From the human T2T-CHM13v2.0 reference genome, Homo sapiens: a stretch of 64,000 bases of DNA. The DNA lies in NCBI RefSeq assembly GCF_009914755.1, contig NC_060934.1; one strand, written 5' to 3'. Positions 38,906-50,150 of the stretch are shown here, piece after piece. Within the stretch, counting starts at the first letter, position 1, and each line of letters opens with the position of its first letter. Below the pieces are notes generated by a model. The model searched no databases, had not been told where the DNA came from, and worked only from the letters and a program-made list of their open reading frames with translations. The position numbers and the translations under genes are program-made.

Positions 38906-39354
38906 CCCCAGTCCCTCCCTGCTGGAGCTGAACTCCGTTGCTGGCCTCCATGCTGTCATCTCACATCAGCACTGTTGATTAAACAAACCTTCTGCAAACT
39001 TCTCATTGTCTGGGGACCTTTCTGAACCTTTGGGACACTGACCTAGATCACTATTAATTGTGCTGCAAATACCTTTCAAATCTGGCGATTCCAGAGTGGA
39101 GAGGGGCCACCAACGCTCCCTTGGTCAAAGTGCCCAGCCCCAACCCTTGCCAGTACCACCGTGGTCTCAGGCCGAGGCCTTTCTCCAGGACCCAAGCCAC
39201 CCATGTTTCCAGGAACTGGCAAGATGCTGCCTTTCAGTCCGCTGGTGTGCACCAGACCCCAGCACGCTCCTCTTGTGTGCCATGCACTCTGCTGTGTGCG
39301 GGGATGGACAAGGATGACATGGGGCTCTCCGGACCCAAGTGGATGATTTTAACC

Positions 39355-39830
39355 CAAGTCAAGTCCTCACCGAAAACTTGGGCCAGATGTGTTTTGGAAT
39401 TCAAATTTTTCAGATTTTAGAAAGATAATGCCTTGTAGTATGTAAATGCTATTTATAGGATATTATGCATAAGACATAATAAATCCCCCATTAGATTGCA
39501 TAAATACCTGGTGGATCCAGGGCAACCTCGAACACAGCACGGGACCAGGACAAGTAAGGGAGGGGCCCAGGGCACAAGATTCAAGGAAATGCTCAGAGCC
39601 TGGGTGCCGCACCCACCTCACCCTAGCCCTGGCGCTGACAAACACCTGTGTACTTCTACAGTGACCTAGAAATACTGGCACAAGATGGACGCATAAAGAC
39701 CCCAAAGAGTCACATGTCAGTTCAGGTCAGCTGGGGCCACGGATGAGTTTGGGAGCCAGATGTTAAGAAGGACTTCTTATTTTTTTGAGCTTTGTACGTG
39801 TGGCCCTGGGGGCCTGGGATGCGGAGCAGG
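39355..39830 (+). mobile_element. MER46C (TcMar-Tigger)
   Basis: ttgggccagatgtgttttggaattc...ttttcagattttagaaag...cacatgtcagttcaggtcag...atgagtttg. Confidence 0.8.
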
Positions 39831-40659
39831 TACATGCTGCAGCAGAGGCACGCCCGGGGCCTGCCCAGGTGAGTGAACAAGCCTCTCCAAGGCCTGGCAT
39901 CTATCTCCCTCCTTCTGTCCCCCCACCCCCACCCCAGAGAGAGAAGGCACTCACTGTTAACTTTGCAGGGAAATCATGGGTGGGAAGCATAAGGACACCT
40001 TAGGAGTAATTATTTCATCCTGCTCCCCAAGCTGTGAGGCTGCCAAGGAGCTCGCTTCCCAGGCTTTAGGAACGCAGGCCACAGGAGAGAGCTGCAAATT
40101 GCTCTCTGGGCCCGGGACACTGCCCGTGAGGATGCCACCAGATTAGAGCTACACCTGAAAATGTAAAACTACTCCTCCTGTGGGCCCTCATTCCAGTGAT
40201 AGGGGGATCTGCCCATCCACAGCTCGGGACCAGGTCAGTTAGAAGCTGTTGTGAGAGGCCTTTCTGAGAGCCTCCACCAAGCTCGTCCATCAGGGCAGGG
40301 CAGGGGACCCGGCCACTGTGCACCAGGATTACTTAGTGGGATGATGTCAGTTGTGCTCAGATAAAATTATAATAGTGTTCAAAGTGGACTCAAGGAAGGA
40401 GCAAGGGCAAAACTCTCCTTATATGCTGTACCTTCTCCTTCAAATCCCTTCACACTCAAGGAGTTTGTCTAAATGGACTCTTAGATAAATAGAACGACAT
40501 AATTGCTTTGATATACCAACATATCTGAGTGTCAGGTTTGTGAATACATCCTCGGTACATTGAAAGAAGCGTATTAAAAGAGTAATTACTTGAAGTCAAT
40601 ATCATATATTCTTATTTTAAAGGAACAGTTCTCAACTCTGAAAAAATTATCATCTCTAA

Positions 40660-40876
40660 CTGCATCATCCAATACAAGAGAGCCACTAGTCCCATATGGC
40701 TATTTAAATTTTAACTTTAATGAATTCAAACTAAATCAGTTGTAAAATTTAGCTCCTAAATTGCACTAACCACATTTCAAGCACTCATTAGCTACCTGTG
40801 GCCAGGGGCTCCCATATTGGACAGAGCAAATAAGGAGCGTTCCCATCAGAGCAGAAAGTTCTATGGAATGGTACTG
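40660..40876. mobile_element. MER3 (hAT-Charlie)
   Basis: agccactagtcccatatggctatttaaatt...ccacatttcaagcactca...gcagaaagttctat. Confidence 0.85.
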
Positions 40877-41149
40877 ATCTACAGATTCAGGAATCAACAC
40901 TCCATTCCTAGCAGGTCATTTCTTTCTTTTGTTTCCCACAGAAGAAGCGGCACCCATGTCATTACTGAAGTTGTTACTAAGGCTAGTGAAATTATCAGAG
41001 GCCCAGCTAGTGCCCCAGCCAAGACCTACGTGGGTGACGACCCTTGATGATGATGGCCCTGGCTAACTGTCCTCAGCCCGCACCTTGATGTCCAAGGAGA
41101 TGAGGAAAGAGACCACATGGAAAGAAAGGAGGGCTGGGGGGCCAGATTT

Positions 41150-42430
41150 CCACTTCACTGCTGCACAGATACCGATCTCGGCAAGGCATCAGCAACCTCC
41201 TAGTGGCCGAATCCTTTACGCCCATGGGTATATACGCTCATGGACCCTTCTTCACTTTGACGTCTCTGGAGCATTTGCGACCCTGGAGCATCCTCCTTGA
41301 CAAAGTCATTCTTCCCTGATTTCTGAAGTCCATGATCCCTGTTTCCTTCCCACCTCCCACCACTGTTTTCCCCACCCCCTTGGCAGACACCACCTCCCAC
41401 AGGCGTGCTCTGGCCCAGACCCCTCCCCTTCTCTCCACTCACACCCCAGGCTGAAGTTCACATCTGCAGGCTGCTGGATTCTAAATCAGTTCTCTCCCCG
41501 AAGCCCCAGGCCTAGCTGCCTCTGGACATCTCCCCTTGACCAGGAGCCTCAGACAGGATGTTCCCACCCAGAGCCATCTCTCCACCACAACACCCGCCCA
41601 AGACTCCCTCCTTCCTGTGTCCTGCGGGGCTTCTCTGAGCCAGGACCTGGCAGTCGCCCCTGAGCCCTTCCTCAACTCACCCCCTGCATTCAGTCCACAA
41701 CCACCACTGCTGTCACTTCCAGGTACTAAGTCTCTCTCTGGTCTCTCCACGTTTCTCCAGCCCTGCCACTGCTACTCTGATCCAGCCCAGTGCCATCTCT
41801 CAATTTATTACCTTCATGCCAACTCCTGGTTTATCCCCTGGCCTTGTCCCCTCTAGCCCGTGCTCCCCACTGTGCCAGGGAGATCTTCCACAGGTGCAAA
41901 TCTGCTCTGGTCATTCTCTTCCGTCAAATGGGTCAGTGGCTCTCCATTGCCCTCAGGACAACAGCCCAACTCCCTAGAACAGCCCAGGAGTCCTCTGTGG
42001 TTGACATCTTCCAGACCATGGCTCAGCAGACTTCTCCTGTAAAGGGACAGATTGGAAATATTTTCGGCTTTTCAGGCCCATACTGTTTCAGCCTCTATGG
42101 CTCAACTCTGCCATCATGGCCCAAGGCAGCCATAGGCAATCTATAAACAAATAGTGTGATGGTGTTCAAAACAACTTTATTTATAAAAAACAAGGAGCTG
42201 GTTGGATTTGGCCCAAGGCCTGTAGTTTGCTGAAACCTGTTCTATAGATTTCCAGGTCACCTCTCACACAGATCCTGTGTGGTCTCCCCTCTGAGCCTCT
42301 ACTCTTGCTATTCTTTCTTCCTGGAATCCTCTCTTTCTCCCACCCACCTCTCTACTCTTCTGCTGCAATAAACTCCAACTTGTCCAGTTCCCAAGTTAAA
42401 TATCTATTTCAGCTGCGTATAGGAGTCTCC
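41150..42430 (+). mobile_element. L2 LINE fragments, interrupted by MER58A
   Basis: Pyrimidine-rich sense strand: tgcctctggacatctcc, ctgccactgctactctgatccagccc, cagtggctctccattgccctcagga. Confidence 0.7.
42017..42239. mobile_element. MER58A (hAT-Charlie)
   Basis: ctgtaaagggacagattggaaatattttcggctt...ctcaactctgcc...aactttatttat...ggatttggccc...tagtttgctga. Confidence 0.88.
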
Positions 42431-42531
42431 AAAAACCTGGGACCTTAAAAACTTCATGTTTGCAAGTCACGTTGATTTCAGGAAAGTAAATATTTTTGGT
42501 TTATTGCAGAAACTTAATGGAGAAAAAAATT

Positions 42532-42537
<6 letters not shown>

Positions 42538-42573
<36 letters not shown>
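42538..42573. repeat. (AC)~17 microsatellite
   Basis: Perfect AC run. Confidence 0.95.
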
Positions 42574-42576
<3 letters not shown>

Positions 42577-43009
42577 GTTTATTCCACATCCAGGTGTAAC
42601 TTACCACCATTAACATTTTTATGTCTTTTTCCCAGACTTTTTTTATATATCCATCTTTCTTACATAATTTGAAAAATAACATATAGAGGTTTGAAGTCAG
42701 ACTTTTTAAAAAATATACATTCTCATGTTGTGATAAGTTATCAAAAAAATACTAACTTGAATGCCAGCATAATCGTCTATCTTACTAATGCTCCAGAATT
42801 CACCTTATGATGCCCCTTTTGGGAGTCTGTTAATTTTTCTCTACGGGAAATAGCAGTTTGCTTTCCAGTAGGGTGTCCCTGTCACACCCTCAGCAGCTGC
42901 ACCCTCTTGAGCATGAGGGGTTATTTATTTAATCTCTGCTTATCCAGCAGGGGAAAATGGCGCCTCATTGCTTTAGTTTGTTGTGTCTGTTTCTTTCTTT
43001 TCCTTTCTA

Positions 43010-43314
43010 TTTTTTTTTTTTTTTTGAGACTGGTTGAGACAGGGTCTTGCTCTATTGCCCAGGTTGGAGAGCAGTGGGCACAGTCACAGCTCACTGCAGC
43101 CTCAACCTCCAGCAATCCTCCGGCCTCAGCCTCCTGAGTTGCTGGGACCAAAGCTCATGCCACCACACCCAGCTAATTTTTTTTTATTATTTATTGTAGA
43201 GACAGAGTCTCCCCGTGTTGCCCAGGCTAGTCTTGAACTCCTGGGCTCAGGAAATCTGTCCACCTCAGCCTCCCAAAGTGCTGGGATTATAGGCGTGAGC
43301 CACCATTCCTGGCC
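43010..43314 (-). mobile_element. AluJ
   Basis: gagacagggtcttgctct...cagctcactgcagcctcaacctcc...gaactcctgggctca. Confidence 0.92.
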
Positions 43315-43865
43315 TGCCCTGCTGTGCCTGTTACTTGAGAGTGAGGTTCAGGGGTGCTCCCATGGTTCTTGGCCATTTGTGTTTCCTTCTCTGTTCCAGG
43401 CCCTCTCTCTGTGGCCATGTTCTATACGCGCTAGAAACTCAGTGTATTTCAAGGACACATTCAGTGCCTGACTGGGGTCCTTGGAAGGTTGAAGTGGTCA
43501 CCAATGGAGCACTGTGCTACTCATCGACCTGTCAGGGGGTTTCTGAATCCACAGCAGAGATGCGGCTGAAGATGCCTTTCCTGAAGGTATAAACAACAGC
43601 AAGGCAGGTCAGGGCATCTGTGGGAGTCACCTGCTATAATTCCAGATTAAGACCACATGCAGGAGACCTTCAGAAGAGTTTCAGGCTCCAGAGGCAATTA
43701 TGTAGCTCACCTGGTGTAGAGGAGAAAATGAAAACACAAGCGGTGAAGGTGGGCCTTCTCAGGGGCCTCCTTAGACAGCACAACCAGATGGTTCGCAGAG
43801 TAGGAGACACAGCCGCCTCAGGCACACCTGGGAAGAACTCGGTCCACAGTAATCCCAGAGGCGCC

Positions 43866-44265
43866 TGCTATGGTTTGAATGCTGGGATCCCTCCAAAGTT
43901 CAGAGGTTAAAACTTAAACCTCACTGAGATGGTATTATGAGATGGGGCCTCTGGGAGCATTATTAAGTCATGAAGGCTTCTCCCTCGGGAGTGGGATTAA
44001 TGCCCTTATGAAAGAGGCTCCAGAGAGCTACCTGGTTTCTTCTACTCTGGCCCTCTGAGGACACAAACACGGCGGCAAGACGCCATCTTGGAAGTGGCAA
44101 GACGCCATCTTGGAAGCAGGGGGCAGCCCTCCCTAGATGTCGACTCTGCCAACACCTGGACCTTGGACTTCCAGGCCTCCAGAACTGTGAAAAAATAAAG
44201 CATCTCTTCTTTATAAATTAGCCAGTCTCAGGTATTTTATAATAGTAGCGCAAATGGTCTAAGAT
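43866..44265 (+). mobile_element. MST/MLT1A-type MaLR solo LTR
   Basis: tgctatggtttgaatg...gggattaatgcccttat...gcctccagaactgtga..aaataaa...ataaattagccagtctcaggtatt. Confidence 0.9.
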
Positions 44266-44729
44266 CATGACCATCAAAACACAAGTGGTACACTATTTTT
44301 TTTTTTTAATAAAAATGCGGCTGACAATGAAAATGAGTGTGGCCCACTCATATGCGGGGAAGCGAAATAGGAATCCGTGCGACTTCAGGGAAGCCATGTG
44401 ACAATGCACCTAAAAATGACCACACCCTACCCAGGAGCATCTACATCATTTTTTAAAGCTCCACAGGCAATGTTGATGCTCCCCTGTGTGTGAGAACTGC
44501 TACACTGGATGGGCTATGATGCAGCCATTCAAAATGCTATTTTTAGATGTTCAATAGCATAGGAATGGTTTTCAGCTTACATGCTTAAAGAAAAAAAGCA
44601 AGACACAAAATTATAAAATCTTTAAATACATGTAAAGAAAACTGAAAATGACATTGAAATAGTAACCTCAACTGAGTCACTCATTCTTTTATTTAACAAG
44701 TATTTTCTAGTACCGTCTATGGTTTAGGC

Positions 44730-45195
44730 CAGCAGTTATCAAACTAAAAATTATTGAAAACTGCAAAGAGTTTTTGTGTATATAGAACATAGCTATTGAT
44801 ATTTACATATTAAGGACTAAAACTGATCATTTTAAAAATATTTCATTAATTCCTCTTTAAAATAATAATAAATATAATGTTAACACAAAGAACGTATAAA
44901 GAGAGTGGTATTGTTTTACATTTTTGTAAATCTCTCTAAGTCCCACTTAATAGAAGACAGCTGGATTCCCATGTTTGCTTCGGCATTCAATTTGTTATGA
45001 TATCACACTTCATGTAGACGCTGGAAAATTCCACCATATACTCATGAGAGAATGAAAGGGAAGAAGGCAAACAACATCTTAGTTGTTGGAAAACTAGTTT
45101 TGACCTTGTGTTAAGAAAATAGTTTTGACCTTGTGGACCCCTGAAAAGGTCCTGGGGACCCCAAGGGTCCACAGATCACACTTTGAGAACCACTG
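44730..45195. mobile_element. Charlie1-family (hAT) non-autonomous element
   Basis: cttaatagaagacagctggatt...ttttgaccttgtggacccctgaaaaggtcc...cacactttgagaaccactg terminus. Confidence 0.8.
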
Positions 45196-46108
45196 GTCTA
45201 GGCATTCCTCTAGGTTCTAACTGTAAGAAAAAATAATAAAAGCAAAATGAAACCAAGTTCTCTCTCTGTCTCTTATATTCTGCTAAGAGAAGAAAAAATC
45301 ATGTTTATGATCTTTAGGTGGTAAGTGCCAGGAAGAAGAGGTACAGGAGGTGATGGAGAGGCTATTTCAGCTCAGCGGGCACGGAAGTCCACAGACAAGG
45401 CAATACCTAGAGGCGCACCGGTATCTGGGAAGAGCGGTTCGTTGGTGCCCACTCGGGGGTGGTTTTACGGATTGTTATGCTTCCCTGCATTGTTCAAATT
45501 TTCTTTAAGGAACAAGTACAACTTCAATTTTGAACAAGTTGGGTTTCTTTTTTTTTTTTTCATGAAGGCCTCTTGCAAGGCAGCATTCATCAATGCAACC
45601 TTGAAGCAACGGTCAACAACGTTTTGAAGCCGATTTGGAGCCCCTGCTGTTGCCCATTGGGTACTCCAGAATCACTTTCTGCTGGTTCCGCTGTGGTCAT
45701 CCTAATGATCCTTGAGGGAAGGGCTCTGGGGACACAGCCGTGCAGGAGGCCAAGGACAGCCCCCAAAAATGGGAAGGACATGCATCCAGACAAAATTAAT
45801 ACGTACCTCATTGTTCTCTGTGGGCACTAACCTGTTTCTGGGCCTCCCCTGATGGACTCAGTTCTGCAGGGTGCAGCATGTGGCCTGACCTCCTGTGGGG
45901 GTCCATTCTCTCTGTGGCCTCTCAGCTCTGTCTCCTGCACATCCTTCTGCTTCCATTCTAAGACCTGATCACATGGCCCTCGCCACTGCCCTCCTGAGGC
46001 AGTGAGATCCCAGAAAAACAAGCCAGGCTTTGCCCAAATGAAGAAACAACAGTTTTACTTTGATTTTTTACAAACAAACAGTTTTCACTTTGTTTTTTAA
46101 GTTTTACT

Positions 46109-46188
46109 TTAGGTTGGTGCAAAAGTCATTGCAGTTTTTGCCATTGAAAGTAACGGTAAAAAGCTCAATTACTTTCGCACCAATCTAA
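46109..46188 (-). mobile_element. MADE1 (Hsmar1 MITE), full 80 bp
   Basis: ttaggttggtgcaaaagt...actttcgcaccaatctaa palindromic TIRs. Confidence 0.95.
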
Positions 46189-46317
46189 TATAAATAATAA
46201 GGTTGGATTTCCTAGACATATCAATGAAAACGATGCCTCTGTGTTCCCTATACTTCAGCACAAAGAGAAGATGCTCCCAGGCCCAGCGGACTGCTCGGGT
46301 CCCTTGTGTCTCAGGAG

Positions 46318-46765
46318 CTATAGTGGTTTCTTGTGACTGCCATAACAAATTAGCATAAACCAAGTGACGTATGACAACAGACTCTCATTCTCTCAGAGTT
46401 CTGGAGGACAAAAACCCAAAGTCAGGTTGTTGGGAGGGCTACGCTGCATCCAAAGTCTCTTGGGCAAGACCATTCCCTGTCTCTTTGGCTTCTGCTGGCC
46501 CCAGGTTTTCCTTGACTGGTGGCAGCATCTCTCGAGTCTCTGCCTCTGTCTTCACATGGCCGTCTTTCCTCTGTGCTTGTCTGTGTCATGTCACCTTCCT
46601 TTATAAGGACACTGATCAAACCGGATCAGGGACCACCCTTATCCTATATGACTTCATCTTAACTTGATTATATCTGCAAAGACCCTCTTTCCAAAAAAGG
46701 TCTCATTCATAGATACGGGGGTGAGGACTTCGACATATTTTTGGGGGGACACAATTCAACTCATA
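46318..46765 (-). mobile_element. MLT1C-type MaLR solo LTR
   Basis: ccataacaaat...ttataaggacac...atctgcaaagaccct.tttccaaa...ggggggacacaattcaac. Confidence 0.9.
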
Positions 46766-46799
46766 TTAGGAGCCACACCCACCAAGGGAGAGACCAGAA

Positions 46800-47090
46800 G
46801 AGAGTGCAGGCACCAAGGCCAATAGGACTGACTAGGAAGAGGACTGTGGACAGGGCTTTGGACAAGCCAACCTGGAGGTCTTTGCTGAACCCAGCAAGAG
46901 GATCATCAGGGTAAGGAGGCAGTGAGGGCAGATCCAGCTGCAAGGAGGCTGTCTGCAGAGGGAGCACAGGACATGCAGACAGTGAGTGTATTCTGTCAAG
47001 AGGCTCGTGGCAGAGGGCAGGTGTAAAATTAAGCACTAGCTGAAGGGGGACATGAGAGGCAGGGGATAATTGAGTTTTGCCGTGTTTGTC
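46800..47090 (-). mobile_element. L2 fragment
   Basis: ggaggtctttgctgaacccagcaagag...gagggcagatccag, the purine-rich antisense pattern of L2. Confidence 0.55.
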
Positions 47091-47325
47091 TTTTGTTCAA
47101 CTTTGGGGAATGGGCAAGACGACCTTATCGGTAGCTTTACATTTGCGGTTCCTCCCAGGGCCAACACATTCAAGTAATTGGCTGATACTGAAACTTCTGG
47201 GCGTTTTCATTTAAATATTTATTTTATTATTTATATAATTAATACATTGTCTTTGTAGAAATACTATACAATCTAGATAAGAAAAAAGTGCTAAAAGGCA
47301 ACCATAATTAACATTTTGGTGACTA

Positions 47326-47669
<344 letters not shown>

Positions 47670-48007
47670 TATATATATTTTTCAGATAAATGAGTTATAC
47701 CCTACACCGTGTTTTGAAGCGTGCTTTTTTGTTTAACACTATATTGTGAACATTTCTTGTATCAATGTATGTGTACATGTATGCATCTATGTTTACACAA
47801 TGACGTGTCTATACATACATTCATGCACACGCACATATATAATGCTATTTTAATGACTGCATCTATTCCATTCTGTGGCTGTATCATAATTTAATGAGCC
47901 AGTCCTCTACTCTTGGGCACTGAGTTTTACTAAGCATCTTTTGACTTTACACATGAGTCTGAATTTTAAGATAAATTGCTGGATCAAATGGTATCACAAT
48001 TCCAGTT

Positions 48008-48078
48008 ATATATATATATATGCACATATATATATATTTACACACATATATATATACACACACATATATATATATATG
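48008..48078. repeat. (TA)n/(CA)n low-complexity tract
   Basis: tatatatatatatgcacatatatatatttacacacatatata... Confidence 0.9.
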
Positions 48079-48800
48079 CACATCCTAAAGTTAATCATAC
48101 CTTTTCCAAATGCCACCAGTTTTGACTCAAATTTGGGAAATCCTGCAGAAGAAGAGAAACGAGGCCCCCAGACAGCGCTGCGGTAGCAGCTTCAGTGCAC
48201 CCTCACTTCCACACAGGAGGGACCACGTGTGCAGTGTGTGCAGTCTTTTTAAACAACACATATTGTTTTCTTGGGGTTTTTTTTCTAAATGTAAAATTAA
48301 CATGAGGGGGTTTTTTAAAATTAAAAATGAGGACTGGTTAAATAATAATGCATCATGCAAAGTCAATTTCATTCTGCAAGAGAAAGGGAAGTAGAAAATG
48401 TCTTTCCTATTATATCAAACCCCATTTCATATATGATTGGTCAGAAAACAGTAGAAAAATTTAAACCTTGCCTCCTCCTTGTCCTGATATCCTTGCACTT
48501 ATTCATGTAATTATTCAACACATTTGTATTGAGTACCAAAGTCTGCAAGGCAAGATTAGACAGGCAGATGAAAGGTCCCTGTTTGGACATGTGGAATGTG
48601 GATGGGGTAAGGAGAGATGACCAAAAGCAATGATTGCAACCAGAAGAGATACTGGGACTCCCCAACTTGAGACTTGGAGGCCAGAGCACAGACATGAGAG
48701 CTAACATCTTGGGAACTGAAGAGACCCCAGATCAGAAAGTGAAGAAGATGGCCAGAAAGGAAAAAGCCACAGGGCACAAAGATGCAGAAAATGAGCTGCC

Positions 48801-49030
48801 GGGCCAGGCACAGTGACTCATCCATGTAATCCCGGCACGGTGGGAGGCCAAGGCAGACAGATCGCTTGAGCTCAGGAGTTTGAGACCAGCCCATCTCTAC
48901 TAAAAATACAAAAATTAGCTGGGTGTGGTGGCACACACCCATGGTCCCAGCTACTCAGGAGGCTGAGGTGGGAGGATCACCTGAGTCTGGGAGGGTGAGG
49001 CTGCAGGGAGACAGAGCAAGACCTGTCTCA
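48801..49030 (+). mobile_element. AluJ with internal deletions
   Basis: gggccaggcacagtgactc...gatcgcttgagctcaggagtttgagaccagcc; segments missing from both arms. Confidence 0.88.
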
Positions 49031-49134
49031 AAAAATAAGAAGAAGAAAGAAAGTAAAAAGGAAAGAAAGAGAGAGAGAGAAGGAAGGAAGGAAGGAAGGA
49101 GGGAGGGAAGGGAAGGGAAGGGGAAAGAAAGAAA

Positions 49135-49191
<57 letters not shown>

Positions 49192-49233
49192 AGAAAGAAA
49201 GAAAGAAAAAGAAAGAAAGAAAGGGAGAGAGAG

Positions 49234-49287
<54 letters not shown>

Positions 49288-49500
49288 GAAAGAAAGAAAA
49301 GAAAGAAAGGAGAAAGAAGAAAGGAAAGGAAAGAAAAGAAAAAAGAAAGAAAAGGAAGGCAGAGAGGGAGGGAGGCAAGGAAGGAAGGAAAGAGGGAAGG
49401 AAGGAAGGAGGGAGGGAAGGAAGGGAGAGGGAGGGAGGGAGGAAGGAAAGAGAAGGGGAGGGGAGAGAAGGGGAGTGGGAGAGAAGGGAAGGAGAGAGAA
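49030..49500 (+). repeat. Compound (GAAA)n/(GGAA)n/(GA)n tract from the Alu tail
   Basis: No pyrimidine from 49055 to 49359 (305 nt). Confidence 0.97.
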
Positions 49501-49519
49501 GCTGCTGGAGAGTCATCAG

Positions 49520-50150
49520 GTCAACCAAGACTCTTGTTTGCACCATATCATGTTGGCAAAGGTTGAAAAGGTTGATAAAACCCCATGTTGGTGAAGGTTT
49601 ATGGGATCAGGAAATCCCCATCACCCTGGCTGGACTCCAGTGGGAAACCAGGTTGGAGAACATTTCACAACATCCGATAAAATGCTGGGCATGATCTCCC
49701 ACTGATGGTGCAATCCCACCGTAACCAATGGAACCACTCACAGATACAAGTACATGTTCATCTGTGGATATTAGTTGTAGTATTGTTTGTGATAGTGGGA
49801 GATCCTATCTATACCATCGAAATGCCTGCCCATTCAATGGACTACTGCACAGCTGTGGACAAGAATGGAGGCATCTGTGTGTGCTGCAGAGGGCAAAGAA
49901 AACAAGAAGCTAGCTGAAAATGGGGTCTCATTGGTGCAGAAGGCAGCACACACATGTGCACAGCTGAATAGATGTGTGCCTGCTGGTTAGGCTAGAAAAT
50001 GTCTGAAAGGAAATACAAGTTCAGGGTGGTTTCCTCTAGGGAAGTTGGCACAGGAGTGCTGGGCATTCGCTTTTACTTCACTGTTGAATGTTTCACAATT
50101 AGTACATTTGACTGTTTTTTAAATGAAAAACAATCACTTGAACAGGAGAG
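49520..50150 (+). mobile_element. L1ME-type 3' fragments
   Basis: ttggcaaaggttgaaaaggttgataaaaccccatgttggtgaagg...aaatgcctgcccattcaatggactact. Confidence 0.65.

Noticed and set aside
40920-41050. Strong + strand acceptor (tctttcttttgtttcccacag)
   Set aside because: No good donor or recognisable peptide follows; isolated acceptors are common.
48923-49594. 223-aa K/E/R-rich ORF and its antisense F/L/S-rich ORF; the same applies to ORFs at 5362-5811
   Set aside because: Translations of Alu sequence plus purine microsatellites that lack stop codons.
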